Below are positions 1-9,794 of a stretch of DNA of 64,000 bases, piece by piece. The translations under genes and the position numbers were made by a program. Within the stretch, counting starts at the first letter, position 1; the number at the start of each line of letters is the position of its first letter. The DNA is taken from positions 32,001-96,000 of the forward strand of contig CAWIEK010000041.1 in NCBI GenBank assembly GCA_963835065.1, given 5' to 3'. The notes beneath the pieces were generated by a model. It saw only the letters and a program-made list of their open reading frames with translations, ran no database searches and was not told the origin of the DNA. Source of the stretch: an uncultured Chthonomonadaceae bacterium (GTDB lineage Bacteria; Armatimonadota; Chthonomonadetes; Chthonomonadales; Chthonomonadaceae).

Positions 1-13
1 ATTTGCTTTTCGC

Positions 14-1783
14 TCATGTCTTCCTTCCCTTTCCGGCATCGTCAAGAGGCGCGGCTGCCTGAGCGATTGTGTCCGCCTTGCGGCAGTGTGCCATCGTAAC
101 TTGCGCTTCCTGTAAATGCTCCTCCCAGGCGCGCTCCTCGACGCGGGCTTGTTCCCATTCTACGCTCTCGGCTTCCATTTCCGCCTGGAGCGCGGCAATC
201 TGCGTTTCGAGCGCCTTGCGCCTGCGCTCCGCCTGAAGCTGTCTTCGCGCGCCTTCCTGCTGTCGCGCCGCTGCCTCCGCGCGATCCCTGGCTTCCTGCG
301 CGAAACGGGCCGATCCGGTCAGCACGCCTTCCGGCCCCAGGTAGACATCCAAAAGTTCGATTCCCTGGTCCGTAAGCACATATTCACGAATCTGATTAGA
401 GTGGGCCATGCCCCGCGATTTCAGCACATACAGCCCGCGATTGCGCTCGCCCCCGATTTCGATGTCGCGCAGAAGCAGCCAGGTATCCATCACTGATGAG
501 ATGCCGTAGTCGGTGGACTCCGGGTTCGCATCGCTCTGCGTCCTGCTGGATAGATGCGTGAAGAAGGCGGTGATTTGTTCGGCCTTTAAGTAATCCACCA
601 GTCGGGTGAGCATGGCCCGGACTTCTTCATTGTTGCCTACAGCGATAAGATTGCTGATAGGGTCAATAACGACGACCTGCGGGCGAAGCGCCTGGATACG
701 TTTATGCATCAGCGCCAGATGCATCTCCAGGCCAAAGAGCGTGGGTCTCGCGGCAAAGAGATGGAGATTCTTCTGCGTGATCCAGGGTTCTAAGTCAATT
801 CCGAGGGAACGCATGTTGCGGACGATCTGAGACGGCGACTCTTCAAAGGCAAAATAAAGGCAGGTGTCGCCCCGTTGACACGCGGCATTCACAAAATGCG
901 CGGCCAGGCTTGTCTTGCCCACGCCCGCAGTGCCGGACACCAGAATGCTGCTGCCGCGATAGAAGCCCTGCCCGCCCAGCATCGTATCCAGGCGAGCTAT
1001 CCCGCTGGAAACGCGCTCGGTGGAGGCCACATGGTCTAAACCCAGGGAAGTGATCGGCAGCACGCTGAATCCGCTCTCGTCAATGAGGAAGGGATACTCA
1101 TTTGTGCCATGGGACGATCCACGGTATTTGACCACCCGCAGGCGGCGCGTGGAAATTTGCCCGATAACCCGATGGTCCAGCAGAATGACACAATCGGAAA
1201 CGTATTCTTCTAATCCTTGCCGGGTCAGCGCGCCGTCGCCGCGCTCCCCGGTAATGATGGCCGTGACGCCTTTCTCCTTGAGCCATCCAAACAGGCGTCT
1301 TAATTCCGCGCGAAGTATGGCCTCATTGGATAAGCCTGAAAAGAGGGCTTCGATAGTATCCAGCACTACGCGCTTGGCGCCGATGGAGTCAATGGCAAAG
1401 CCCAGTCGGATGAACAGCCCCTCCAGGTCGTATTCGCCCGTTTCTTCAATCTCGCTGCGCTCGACATGCACGTGATCAAGCGCCAACTTGCCCTGCGCGA
1501 CCAGCTCTTCAAGATCGAAGCCGAGCGAGGCTGCGTTCTGGGCCAGGTCCTCGGCCGTCTCTTCAAAGGCCAGAAACACGCCGGGTTCGTTGTATTCGGT
1601 GGCCCCCCGCGCGAGGAATTCCATTGCCAGCAGGGTCTTGCCGCAGCCCGCGCTGCCGCACACCAGTGTGGGACGGCCTTGCGGCAAACCGCCCCGGGTA
1701 ATCTCATCCAGGCCATCAATTCCCGTGGGACACTTCGGAAGCCGAGGCAAAGAGCGGTTAATTTTGAGGTTTGGTTCCAGCAT
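14..1783 (-). CDS. kaiC: Circadian clock protein KaiC-family ATPase (KaiC2-like, C-terminal coiled coil)
   Basis: Two RecA-like domains (GSAGCGKT, GTAGVGKT), EEYVSDCV, KYRGSSHGTNEYPF, KSRGMAHSNQIREY and VLTGSAR motifs. Phosphosite region reads GISSVMDT. Confidence 0.93.
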   Translation of the reverse strand: MLEPNLKINRSLPRLPKCPTGIDGLDEITRGGLPQGRPTLVCGSAGCGKTLLAMEFLARGATEYNEPGVFLAFEETAEDLAQNAASLGFDLEELVAQGKLALDHVHVERSEIEETGEYDLEGLFIRLGFAIDSIGAKRVVLDTIEALFSGLSNEAILRAELRRLFGWLKEKGVTAIITGERGDGALTRQGLEEYVSDCVILLDHRVIGQISTRRLRVVKYRGSSHGTNEYPFLIDESGFSVLPITSLGLDHVASTERVSSGIARLDTMLGGQGFYRGSSILVSGTAGVGKTSLAAHFVNAACQRGDTCLYFAFEESPSQIVRNMRSLGIDLEPWITQKNLHLFAARPTLFGLEMHLALMHKRIQALRPQVVVIDPISNLIAVGNNEEVRAMLTRLVDYLKAEQITAFFTHLSSRTQSDANPESTDYGISSVMDTWLLLRDIEIGGERNRGLYVLKSRGMAHSNQIREYVLTDQGIELLDVYLGPEGVLTGSARFAQEARDRAEAAARQQEGARRQLQAERRRKALETQIAALQAEMEAESVEWEQARVEERAWEEHLQEAQVTMAHCRKADTIAQAAAPLDDAGKGRKT

Positions 1784-2126
1784 ACGGACTATTTCTACTC
1801 TCGTAAAAGCGGGCGCTTACTTCGGTGATACTACTGCCTTATTCGCCAAGGGGAACTTTATCTCCTCCCTCTTCTTTTCAGCTATCGTCCATGATACATT
1901 CCGCTCCTGAACTCAATTCCTATTTTGCCATCTGCCTCCAATGATAGAAATAAGCCCGGCTATGAAAATTATTTTCAAATTTTCGGTTTGCAGGCATTTT
2001 TAGCAGGATTATGGCTGATTGTGCTGAAATATATGCCACGCCACCCGTGACAAGTCAATATGTCACGCTTACTACACGTTCAACGCAATTAGGGCCACTT
2101 ATGAAAACATTGGAAGGAATACAACA

Positions 2127-2510
2127 ATGTCCGCAAGTCCTATGGAAATTCGGAACCGCGTGACCCAGGAATTCCTCGGTTACGTTGGCACCGGCGTCAA
2201 CAACTCTGTCAAGGTCGCCGGGGAAGATGCCCTGATCAACCTGAACTGGGCAGAAAAAGATGGAAATACGTATCTCGCCAGGGATAACTACTGGCTGGGG
2301 GAGGGCAAGGATAGCTGGGCGGATTGGGCCTACTACTCCTGGTACTGCGCGGTTGTCTACAATCCGGACCACACGATTTCCATGAAGAGCGATCCGACAA
2401 GAAAGCTTTACATAGACGATTGGGATGGCATGCAGTATTTGCGCTGGACGGCCAGCGGGGATGACAACAATGAGGCCATCGTCACATTCGAGTTTGCGCC
2501 GCCGAAATGA
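2127..2510 (+). CDS. Hypothetical Trp/Tyr/Asp-rich protein
   Basis: 127-aa ORF with GGAAGGA SD upstream and protein-like composition. No family recognised. Confidence 0.65.
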   Translation: MSASPMEIRNRVTQEFLGYVGTGVNNSVKVAGEDALINLNWAEKDGNTYLARDNYWLGEGKDSWADWAYYSWYCAVVYNPDHTISMKSDPTRKLYIDDWDGMQYLRWTASGDDNNEAIVTFEFAPPK

Positions 2511-2614
2511 CGTTCTGCCACTCACTCGAGAAGCTGTCGCCCGTGAATACGGGCTTCAGTCGTAGAGGTTCTCGTTTTCCGGCTTCCTGTTGCCGGGACA
2601 AAAAGGGGTGCGAA

Positions 2615-4897
2615 ATGGTTCGCAGTAAATGGATATTGCTCGCGTTGGCGATAGCGGCCTTCGTTCTGCCCGCCACGCCGTCCTCGGCTTACGAGGAAGA
2701 CACCCACTTCGGCATGACGTATATGATCTGCCGATCCGTTGGCTTCACGCCGGACGAAGCGTTGCTGGTTGCCGCCGCCGATCAGGGCGTGGACGATTCG
2801 GATGGCACAAGCCCCGTCGGCCCGCATTTCTACAACGCGGTCGCGGAACGCTACATCGCTAATCAATGGATGTGGCACGCGATTGGCCGCAGTTACCGCG
2901 TCATCTTCGCGCAGCGGGATCGGATGTTCGCTATTTCCCAGGACGTGTGGCTGTCCAACAATCAGCGAGAGCGATTGGTCTTGCTGGGCGTATTCTTCCA
3001 TTACCAGCAGGATACATGGGCGCACCGCCGTCACTATCAAGAGGCTCAAAACACGGAAAGTTTGATCCCGGCCAGCCGAACAAGTTATACGCCCTATGCG
3101 TCTCCCTTCGGCCATTTTGTGACACTGGACAACGTGGTCTCATCCCCCTCAGACTATCATCAGCCGGACCGCCCGCCGTTCGATCCGGCGGCGGCGCTCA
3201 TGAACCTTGAAGACGGAATCGGCTATGCCAGCGCCTTTCTTAAGAACGTGCTGCACAGGACGCCCAACGCCCTTTTCAGCAGCTATGTCCCCGAAAACGG
3301 GGTTGTGGAAAACGGCGCCCAAACAAGTCCCTATGTACATCAGCTTCGGGTCGCTGCCACAGACCCGGCGCACAAGTACCTGCAGGAACTGGTCCATCAG
3401 CAGATCACGGCCTACGCCTATAGCGCGGCTCTGGATGAGGGCGACTACCCGGGCGAGTACTATGACCAGAAAAGACGTTGGCGCAATCAATCTGTTTCCA
3501 GCCTGGGAGACCTGGGCAAAGTGATGCAGCAATTCCGGGGGGTATGGGGCAACTACAAACAGCACTTCAACAACGAGGAGCTGCAGCCTGCGATAACCGG
3601 GGACGATACAACGCAGAAGTGGCAAGCCCTGAAGGAAAAAACGCAATTCACGGAGGGAAAGACCTGCAAGGACTATACGCGGCCCTATCTTGAAGGCATG
3701 ATGGGCGGATGGCAGGACGTGTTGGGACTGGATGTAAAGCCTTCCACGGATCTCCAACGGATCACCGGCCCCTGGACGCTGGTTCCGAAACCGGACAGCC
3801 CCACATCCCCGGCAACTCGTATCGTCTCTATAACGGCGGGGAAAAATGGCGCGATCCTGGGCGTCGGCGAAAACAATCTGGTTTATGCCAAAGCCAGCTT
3901 GGAGGCCGACTGGAAACTGATACCGGACCTCAGTCTCTCTGCCCCCGCCACAGCGGTGATGCCCTATAAGACGATGCTGAGTGTCTCCTCGGGGGTTTTG
4001 TTGGTGAAGCGGCCCTCCGACGCCGGCTGGAAACGCGCTCCGAACTCCAACGCTTTCATCGGCCCTACCCGCACGTGCGCTTTGATTTCTGTGGCGGCGC
4101 TGCCGGATGGCCGGGTACTGGGCATAAATGACGCGCATCAGCTAATGATCAAAGGGCAAAGCCCGTGGCAGCCTCAGCACGGCTATCTGACCTCTATCAC
4201 CGTCGCTCCAGATGGCTCCCTGTGGGGAGTGAATACGAAAATTCCCCATGGAAACAACGTCTTCCACCTGGTCAACGGCGCATGGCAACTGTCCGCGGCC
4301 AGATTAACTTTCATCGCTGCCGCCCCGAATGGAAATATATGGGGATCACCGGTCACGCCCGGTTCGCTCATGCGGCTGGAAAAAGGCGCCTCCCAATGGA
4401 CAACCCAGCCGGGCGCCGGAACCGCCTTCGCTCTCGACCCGGCGGGAAATATGTGGGCGGTAGATACGACACAATCCACGAGCAGTTCCTACCCGGACAA
4501 CATCTGGTTGTATGTGAAGATAGGCCAGCAGAACTCTATAGCCACCAAAAGCCGCTGGATAGGCCCAATGTATCTGACCGATATCGCCGTTGACTCGGAT
4601 GGCAATCCCTGGGGAGTGAACACGAAAATCCCCGCTGGCAACAACGTCTTCCACCTGTACGGCAACACATGGCAACCGTCAGCAACAAGACTGGTCCATA
4701 TCGCCGTCGCGCCGGACAAAACCGTGTGGGGGGTGACGGAAAGCGGTTCCGTTCAGCGGCTTGCGCCGGGCGCGTCACAGTGGGAGGATGTGCCCGACAT
4801 TCATCTGACCAATATCGTGATCGGCCCGGACGGAAGGGTGTGGGGAGTGGATACAACTTCCACGCAGCGCAACAATATCTACTTTCTGGTTCCGTGA
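2615..4897 (+). CDS. Secreted protein: DUF6765/Zn-phospholipase-C-like N-domain plus tectonin-like beta-propeller repeats
   Basis: Signal peptide MVRSKWILLALAIAAFVLPATPSSA. Motifs DTHFGMTY..GF..EA...A.ADQGVDD and LGVFFHYQQDTWAH. C-terminal repeats (I/V)AVAPDGxxWGV, with WGVNTKIPxGNNVFHL occurring twice. Confidence 0.72.
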   Translation: MVRSKWILLALAIAAFVLPATPSSAYEEDTHFGMTYMICRSVGFTPDEALLVAAADQGVDDSDGTSPVGPHFYNAVAERYIANQWMWHAIGRSYRVIFAQRDRMFAISQDVWLSNNQRERLVLLGVFFHYQQDTWAHRRHYQEAQNTESLIPASRTSYTPYASPFGHFVTLDNVVSSPSDYHQPDRPPFDPAAALMNLEDGIGYASAFLKNVLHRTPNALFSSYVPENGVVENGAQTSPYVHQLRVAATDPAHKYLQELVHQQITAYAYSAALDEGDYPGEYYDQKRRWRNQSVSSLGDLGKVMQQFRGVWGNYKQHFNNEELQPAITGDDTTQKWQALKEKTQFTEGKTCKDYTRPYLEGMMGGWQDVLGLDVKPSTDLQRITGPWTLVPKPDSPTSPATRIVSITAGKNGAILGVGENNLVYAKASLEADWKLIPDLSLSAPATAVMPYKTMLSVSSGVLLVKRPSDAGWKRAPNSNAFIGPTRTCALISVAALPDGRVLGINDAHQLMIKGQSPWQPQHGYLTSITVAPDGSLWGVNTKIPHGNNVFHLVNGAWQLSAARLTFIAAAPNGNIWGSPVTPGSLMRLEKGASQWTTQPGAGTAFALDPAGNMWAVDTTQSTSSSYPDNIWLYVKIGQQNSIATKSRWIGPMYLTDIAVDSDGNPWGVNTKIPAGNNVFHLYGNTWQPSATRLVHIAVAPDKTVWGVTESGSVQRLAPGASQWEDVPDIHLTNIVIGPDGRVWGVDTTSTQRNNIYFLVP

Positions 4898-4936
4898 TTT
4901 TGACGCGGCGACTTTGCCCGCGCCGTTCGCGTAGAA

Positions 4937-5008
4937 TAGACCTCTTTCATAAGTCTGCTCAATGAGCTAGCGATTGCCGTGTTCGCAAGGACTTATGAAA
5001 GAGGTTTA
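4937..5008. mobile_element. Tiny MITE-like remnant with IS-type terminal inverted repeats
   Basis: TAGACCTCTTTCATAAGTC (4937-4955) and GACTTATGAAAGAGGTTTA (4990-5008), 18/19 complementary, 34-bp core. Confidence 0.4.
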
Positions 5009-5015
5009 ATGTGCC

Positions 5016-5058
5016 GTTGCCTTCCTTTTCTGCTTCCGGGACAGAAAAGGAAGGCAAC
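5016..5058. terminator. Hairpin between convergent genes (likely bidirectional terminator)
   Basis: Perfect 17-bp stem GTTGCCTTCCTTTTCTG/CAGAAAAGGAAGGCAAC with a 9-nt loop. Confidence 0.6.
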
Positions 5059-5084
5059 AGGTTCTGCATCGTGACAGAAGCGGA

Positions 5085-5510
5085 TTAGAACAGGATGCTG
5101 TTGAGCGTCTGGTCAGTGCCCAGAATAATGTCCATGTCAATGTTGCTGTAGCCGTAGTTGCTTAGTGAGCGGGTGGTAAACGTCCGGGTTACCCACTGGC
5201 CGGGCTGCAACAGCGGCAAGCTGCCGGACAACGGCATCTTGGCCCCCAGGTCCCCATCCGCGTAGGGAGCGTAGTTGACCGTCACTGGCATTTGCGGAGA
5301 CGCGATATGGCAGATGTTCGTGAACGTCACAGCAAAGGTGACGCTGCCATCGGCATTGGTAACGCGGCTGCTTTCCTGCGCTTGTATGTTGTAAGTGGCA
5401 TCCAGGAAATTGTTGAGCTAGTAGGTGTGGTTGCTTACCACCGCTTGCGCATACAGGTACTGGCCGTGCAGGTTCTGGCTCGGCATGAGCGGCAGCGTGG
5501 CCCTGATCCG
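5085..5510 (-). pseudogene. 3' fragment of a beta-rich (Ig/CARDB-like) protein with an in-frame TAG
   Basis: One frame reads ...HGQYLYAQAVVSNHTY*LNNFLDATYNIQ...VTFAVTFTN...LQPGQWVTRTF. The stop is at 5418-5420 and there is no credible start. Confidence 0.45.
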
Positions 5511-5529
5511 CTTGCTGTTACAGCGCGTT

Positions 5530-6208
5530 CCCTCCCTGTCATTATTGGTCACTTCCCGGCAAGCGCTGCGACTGGGCGGCGAAACCGCGTATCCCCTGCC
5601 ACCGCTTGCCCTGCCCATCGAGGCCGACATAGTTTCGCTGGAAAGTTTGCGCGGCAATGACAGCATCGCCCTGTACATGGACCGCGCCCGCGCCGCGCGC
5701 CCGGATTTCGCGCTGACGGCGCAGAACGCGCCCGCCATCGCCGCCCTGTGCCGGCGTCTGGAAGGCATGCCCCTCGCGCTTGAAATGGCGGCGGCATGGG
5801 TCAAAACCATTCCGCCCGCCAAAATGCTGGAGCGGCTGTCCCAACAATTGGATATGCTGGTAAGCCGCCGACGCGACCTGCCGCACATCGAGGAGGGTTT
5901 GCGCCTGCGCGAGGAAAACGACGATCTCGCGGGGCTGGTGGAAACGCTGGAAACCATTGTAGAGGTTATGGCGACGCGGGGCGAAAACGAACGCGCCGCG
6001 CGCCTGGCCGGCAGCGCGCAGGCATTGCGTTTGCGAACCATAGGCCCCGCGCCCCGCCAACGAAGAAGCGCAGTTTGCCCGCAGCCTGGGACAAGCGCAG
6101 GCAACCCTGGAAGCCTCCGCGTTTGAAGCCGCGTGGAAACAGGGCGAAGCCCTGACGCGCGAACAGGCAATTGAAATGGGGCGCGCGTACATACATGCGC
6201 TGCCGTAG
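5530..6208 (+). pseudogene. Remnant of a STAND/NB-ARC ATPase-TPR regulator (5'-truncated, internally deleted, frameshifted)
   Basis: LLVTSRQALRLGGE, LCRRLEGMPLALEMAAA and RRRDLP are followed directly by a terminal TPR segment, then AFEAAWKQGEALTREQAI in another frame. Homologous to 46348-49038. Confidence 0.75.
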
Positions 6209-6263
6209 GCGATTGAAGGCAGTCTCGTCTAAAGAACACAGTCGGCGCAAAAGGTACATTGTT

Positions 6264-7046
6264 TCACTCGCGCCTGCTCTCCCCCGGAAGCAAGGTAGAG
6301 CCATCGGGCGCGCACACCGGCGCGGCGCTTCCCGGATGCCGCGCGCCTGCAAGCGGATAATAACCGTTCTCCTTTAGAATACGCGGAACCTCTTTGCCGC
6401 TAATCCAACACGTTCTGCCCGCAAACGTGTAGCCATGACAATTGAAGGTGGACGTACTGCTTCCCACACGATGCAGTTTAGGATACAGGCAGGAACCAAT
6501 CATGTGTTTAACAGCCGCTAGACTGGGCTTCTGTGTTTCTGTTTCGGGATGGATGGGAGAGATAGTATGTCCGCGATCTGTTTGAAATTGCAGCGTATTT
6601 CGCGGGCTGGTGAGGCGTGAGGACGTTCGCTTGAGTTGGTTACTGCCTCGATCCGTATGGTAGGCTACCCACGTGCCATAGTGAATGGAGGGAATATCAT
6701 CGGGATTATGTCGGTATAGCCCTAAATTGCCCCATTGACTTTCTATTTCGCGCACCGTTCTTCGATCTGTGTCCACGCGCGTAATCACGCCGGAATGAAC
6801 AATGACGCCTTTGAGGGTATACACCACAATATCGCCGGGACGCGGCTCCGATACATCGGCAGCCACGCGAATATTGCGCGGCTTGTCCTGCCTTCCCCCT
6901 GACGCAGAGGCGCGCGCCAACGTATTCGGCGTTTGGACAGAGCCGAACACGTTACTGATTCTGTGGGAAGCCGCGATAGTGACGAGGAAAGGAGACACAG
7001 CTAAGACACTAACAAACACGAGCCAACGCAATGACTTCAAGGTCAA
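6264..7046 (-). CDS. Exported papain-like (NlpC/P60-related) protein with permuted His/Cys halves
   Basis: Hydrophobic N-terminus. PGDIVVY..HSGVI..ESQWGNLGLYRH..YG precedes FNCHGYTF..WI..VPRILKENGY. Confidence 0.65.
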   Translation of the reverse strand: MTLKSLRWLVFVSVLAVSPFLVTIAASHRISNVFGSVQTPNTLARASASGGRQDKPRNIRVAADVSEPRPGDIVVYTLKGVIVHSGVITRVDTDRRTVREIESQWGNLGLYRHNPDDIPSIHYGTWVAYHTDRGSNQLKRTSSRLTSPRNTLQFQTDRGHTISPIHPETETQKPSLAAVKHMIGSCLYPKLHRVGSSTSTFNCHGYTFAGRTCWISGKEVPRILKENGYYPLAGARHPGSAAPVCAPDGSTLLPGESRRE

Positions 7047-7179
7047 AGTTCCTATCTAAAGCAACCGTAAAGGCGCATCAAATTTCGTGATGCTTAACTA
7101 AACCTGTCCCAACGCTGACGGTTTCACTTCCCATCTTTCTTGACTGTTTCCTGCTGTGCTTATAGGATACAAAGCCGGC

Positions 7180-7279
7180 ATGAAAAAAATATGAACGGAA
7201 AATGAAGAAGTTATGAAAAGACTGTCCCGGCGGCAACCCTCGCTCTGCAAGGCAATGCCCGCTTTCATAACTTTTTCAT
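7180..7279. promoter_or_regulatory. Putative OmpR/PhoB-type operator array
   Basis: ATGAA at 7180, 7191, 7202 and 7213 (exact 11-bp period) and TTCAT at 7264 and 7275, lying between divergent genes next to an OmpR-family regulator. Confidence 0.6.
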
Positions 7280-7395
7280 CGAAAAATGGCATCCTACAGA
7301 TGGCATCCTATTAACAAAACTATAATGAAAGCTAAATGGAAGATAAATGGAAGCGAGGTATGCTGTCCTATCGGAGAGGAAGTGGAACCAGAACC

Positions 7396-8082
7396 GTGCG
7401 GATTTTACTTATCGAAGACGAAGAAGATATAGCCGATGTCGTTCGGCTCGGTTTGGAGGAGGCGCACTACTTTGTGGATGTTGCCTCGGACGGGCTGATG
7501 GGACTGCAAATGGCCTCCGAGCAGGGGTATGCCCTGCTTCTGCTGGACGTCATGCTGCCCGGTATCAGCGGGTGGGAAGTCTGCCAGCGCCTGCGCGCCC
7601 GCCGCGACCTCACGCCTATCCTGATGCTGACCGCCCGAGACGCTTCTCAGGATCGGGTGCGCGGGCTGGATATAGGAGCCGACGACTATCTGCCCAAGCC
7701 CTTCGACTTCCCGGAATTGCTGGCGCGCATTCGCGCGCTTCTGCGCCGTGACAAGATGCACCGCACCCGCGTGATACGCATTGCCGACCTCGAAATAGAT
7801 ACCGGCGCGCGCCGCGTGTTTCGCAGCCGCAGGGAAATCAGCCTGACGGAGCGGGAGTACACGCTGTTAGAGGCCCTGGCGACCCACGAGGGGCGCGCTT
7901 TGTCACGGGAGTTCATTCAGGAGCGCGTGTGGAGCGATGATGCCAGCTATTCCAATACCGTTGATGCCTACATCCGCCTGCTGCGTAAGAAGATCGACAT
8001 TCATCATGCGCAGAAGCTGATCCAAACCGTGCATGGCGTCGGCTATGCCTTGCGAGCCGCGCCAGGCGAGGAGGTGCCATGA
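7396..8082 (+). CDS. OmpR-family response regulator
   Basis: RILLIEDE, LDVMLPG, LMLTARD, GADDYLPKPF and wHTH end IQTVHGVGY. GTG start is inferred. Confidence 0.93.
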   Translation: MRILLIEDEEDIADVVRLGLEEAHYFVDVASDGLMGLQMASEQGYALLLLDVMLPGISGWEVCQRLRARRDLTPILMLTARDASQDRVRGLDIGADDYLPKPFDFPELLARIRALLRRDKMHRTRVIRIADLEIDTGARRVFRSRREISLTEREYTLLEALATHEGRALSREFIQERVWSDDASYSNTVDAYIRLLRKKIDIHHAQKLIQTVHGVGYALRAAPGEEVP

Positions 8083-9599
8083 GAGCGTTTCCCTTTTTGC
8101 GTACCATGCGGGCGCGTCTTACCCTGTGGAACGTGTTCGTCCTCGCCCTCATGCTCCTGACCCTGGGCGGCATCCTGCGCGCCGTCGTGACGCACAATCT
8201 CATGGCTGCCATTGACAGCGATCTTGCCCACCGCGCGCTGCGTCACAAAGAATTTTGGGCCAACGTGCCCCAGGCAAGTCACGAACACTGGCCCCCGGAG
8301 AAACGTCCCTCGGGGAAACTACCCGAAGGGCCATCAGTCGGCGCGCAATCCGTCCGCCAACGACCGCGAACAACGTTGGTAGCCGCATCCTCTATCGAAA
8401 TAGGCACGGCGTCCCGCTGGCGCGCGCCCGTCATCGAGCGCGTGTTCGATGGCAACGCAAAGCAGAGCTGGCCGCCCTATGAACAGGAAGCGCCCTGGAG
8501 TCTGGAGGCGTTTGCTCACGCCGCGCAGGGACAGGAGACATATTCGACTATTTTGGAGGGAGGTGAGCGGGTGCGGGTTCTGTCTGCGCCGCTGCGCCGC
8601 CGCTCCGGGCAGGTGGCGGGTGTCGTCCAGGTGGGGGCCTCGCTCGCCGATGTGGACCGTTCTCTGAACAATCTGAATACGACCTTGCTGACCCTCATGC
8701 CCGTTGCTCTACTGATTGCCGGTGTGGGAGGACTGTTGCTGACGGGCCGGATGCTGCGGCCTCTGCGCCATGTCAATCAGGAAATCGCGCTCATCCGAGC
8801 CGAAGACCTGTCCCGTCGCCTCATGGTGAGCGGGCAGGACGAATTCTCGAATCTGGCAACCAATGTCAACGCCATGCTCCATCGCCTGGAGGAGGCATTC
8901 GCGCAGCAGCGTCGCTTTACTGCCGATGCCTCACACGAACTGCGTACGCCGCTCACGGTTATCAAAGCCCACTCCAGTCGGGGTGTGGCCGATCCAGAGA
9001 GTTCCGAGAAGCAGCGGCGGGCGTGGGCCGCGACAGATCGGGCCGCGACCCTCATGAACGCTATTGTCCAGGATTTGCTCCTCCTGGCCCGCTCCGACGC
9101 GGGACAACTCACCCTGGCCCTGCATCCTACGGCCTTATGGGACAGCGTTGAGGCGGCGAGGGAGGCTGTTCAGGCGGAAGGCAGTGCCACAATCTCCAAC
9201 CATGTTCCTCGCCATCTGATGGTAAGCGGCGATACGATGCTCCTCACGCGGCTGTTTACCAACCTGCTGAAAAACGCGCTGCGCCATACGCCAGCCGAGG
9301 GTTCTATCACAATCATGGCAGAGGCAAGGAACGATACGATCATCGCCACGGTTGCAGATACGGGCACGGGCATCGCGCCCGATCACCTCCCCCATCTCCT
9401 GGAACGCTTCTACCGCGTGGACGAAGCGCGTTCGCGCGCCGGGGGCGGAACCGGGTTGGGGCTGTCGATCTGCCAGAGTATTGTGAGCGCGCATGGCGGC
9501 AGACTTGAAATCACCAGTTCTGTAGGTGTAGGCACGACGGTGCATGTCTCTCTGTGCCCCATAAATCCAACCGATGTTATAATCAAGCGGGCGAATTAA
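8079..9599 (+). CDS. Membrane sensor histidine kinase (HAMP-HisKA-HATPase)
   Basis: Two TM segments, ASHELRTPL, NLLKNALRH, DTGTGI, FYRVD and GGTGLGLSI. ATGA overlap with the regulator. Confidence 0.93.
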   Translation: MRAFPFLRTMRARLTLWNVFVLALMLLTLGGILRAVVTHNLMAAIDSDLAHRALRHKEFWANVPQASHEHWPPEKRPSGKLPEGPSVGAQSVRQRPRTTLVAASSIEIGTASRWRAPVIERVFDGNAKQSWPPYEQEAPWSLEAFAHAAQGQETYSTILEGGERVRVLSAPLRRRSGQVAGVVQVGASLADVDRSLNNLNTTLLTLMPVALLIAGVGGLLLTGRMLRPLRHVNQEIALIRAEDLSRRLMVSGQDEFSNLATNVNAMLHRLEEAFAQQRRFTADASHELRTPLTVIKAHSSRGVADPESSEKQRRAWAATDRAATLMNAIVQDLLLLARSDAGQLTLALHPTALWDSVEAAREAVQAEGSATISNHVPRHLMVSGDTMLLTRLFTNLLKNALRHTPAEGSITIMAEARNDTIIATVADTGTGIAPDHLPHLLERFYRVDEARSRAGGGTGLGLSICQSIVSAHGGRLEITSSVGVGTTVHVSLCPINPTDVIIKRAN

Positions 9600-9794
9600 T
9601 AACAGGTGCAGCCTTATGAAAACAGCAACGCGCTTCGCCTTCCCGATCAGGAAACCGGAATGGGAGCGGCGGCCTTTGCCGCCGCTTATGAGACGGGATG
9701 CCTGGCTGAATGGGAGCAGATCGTCGTTTCCGCATTGGAACCCGGTTTGCCCTTGATGCCTGCCGCCCCTCCCTCCGGCCCGTGAACGCTCCGT

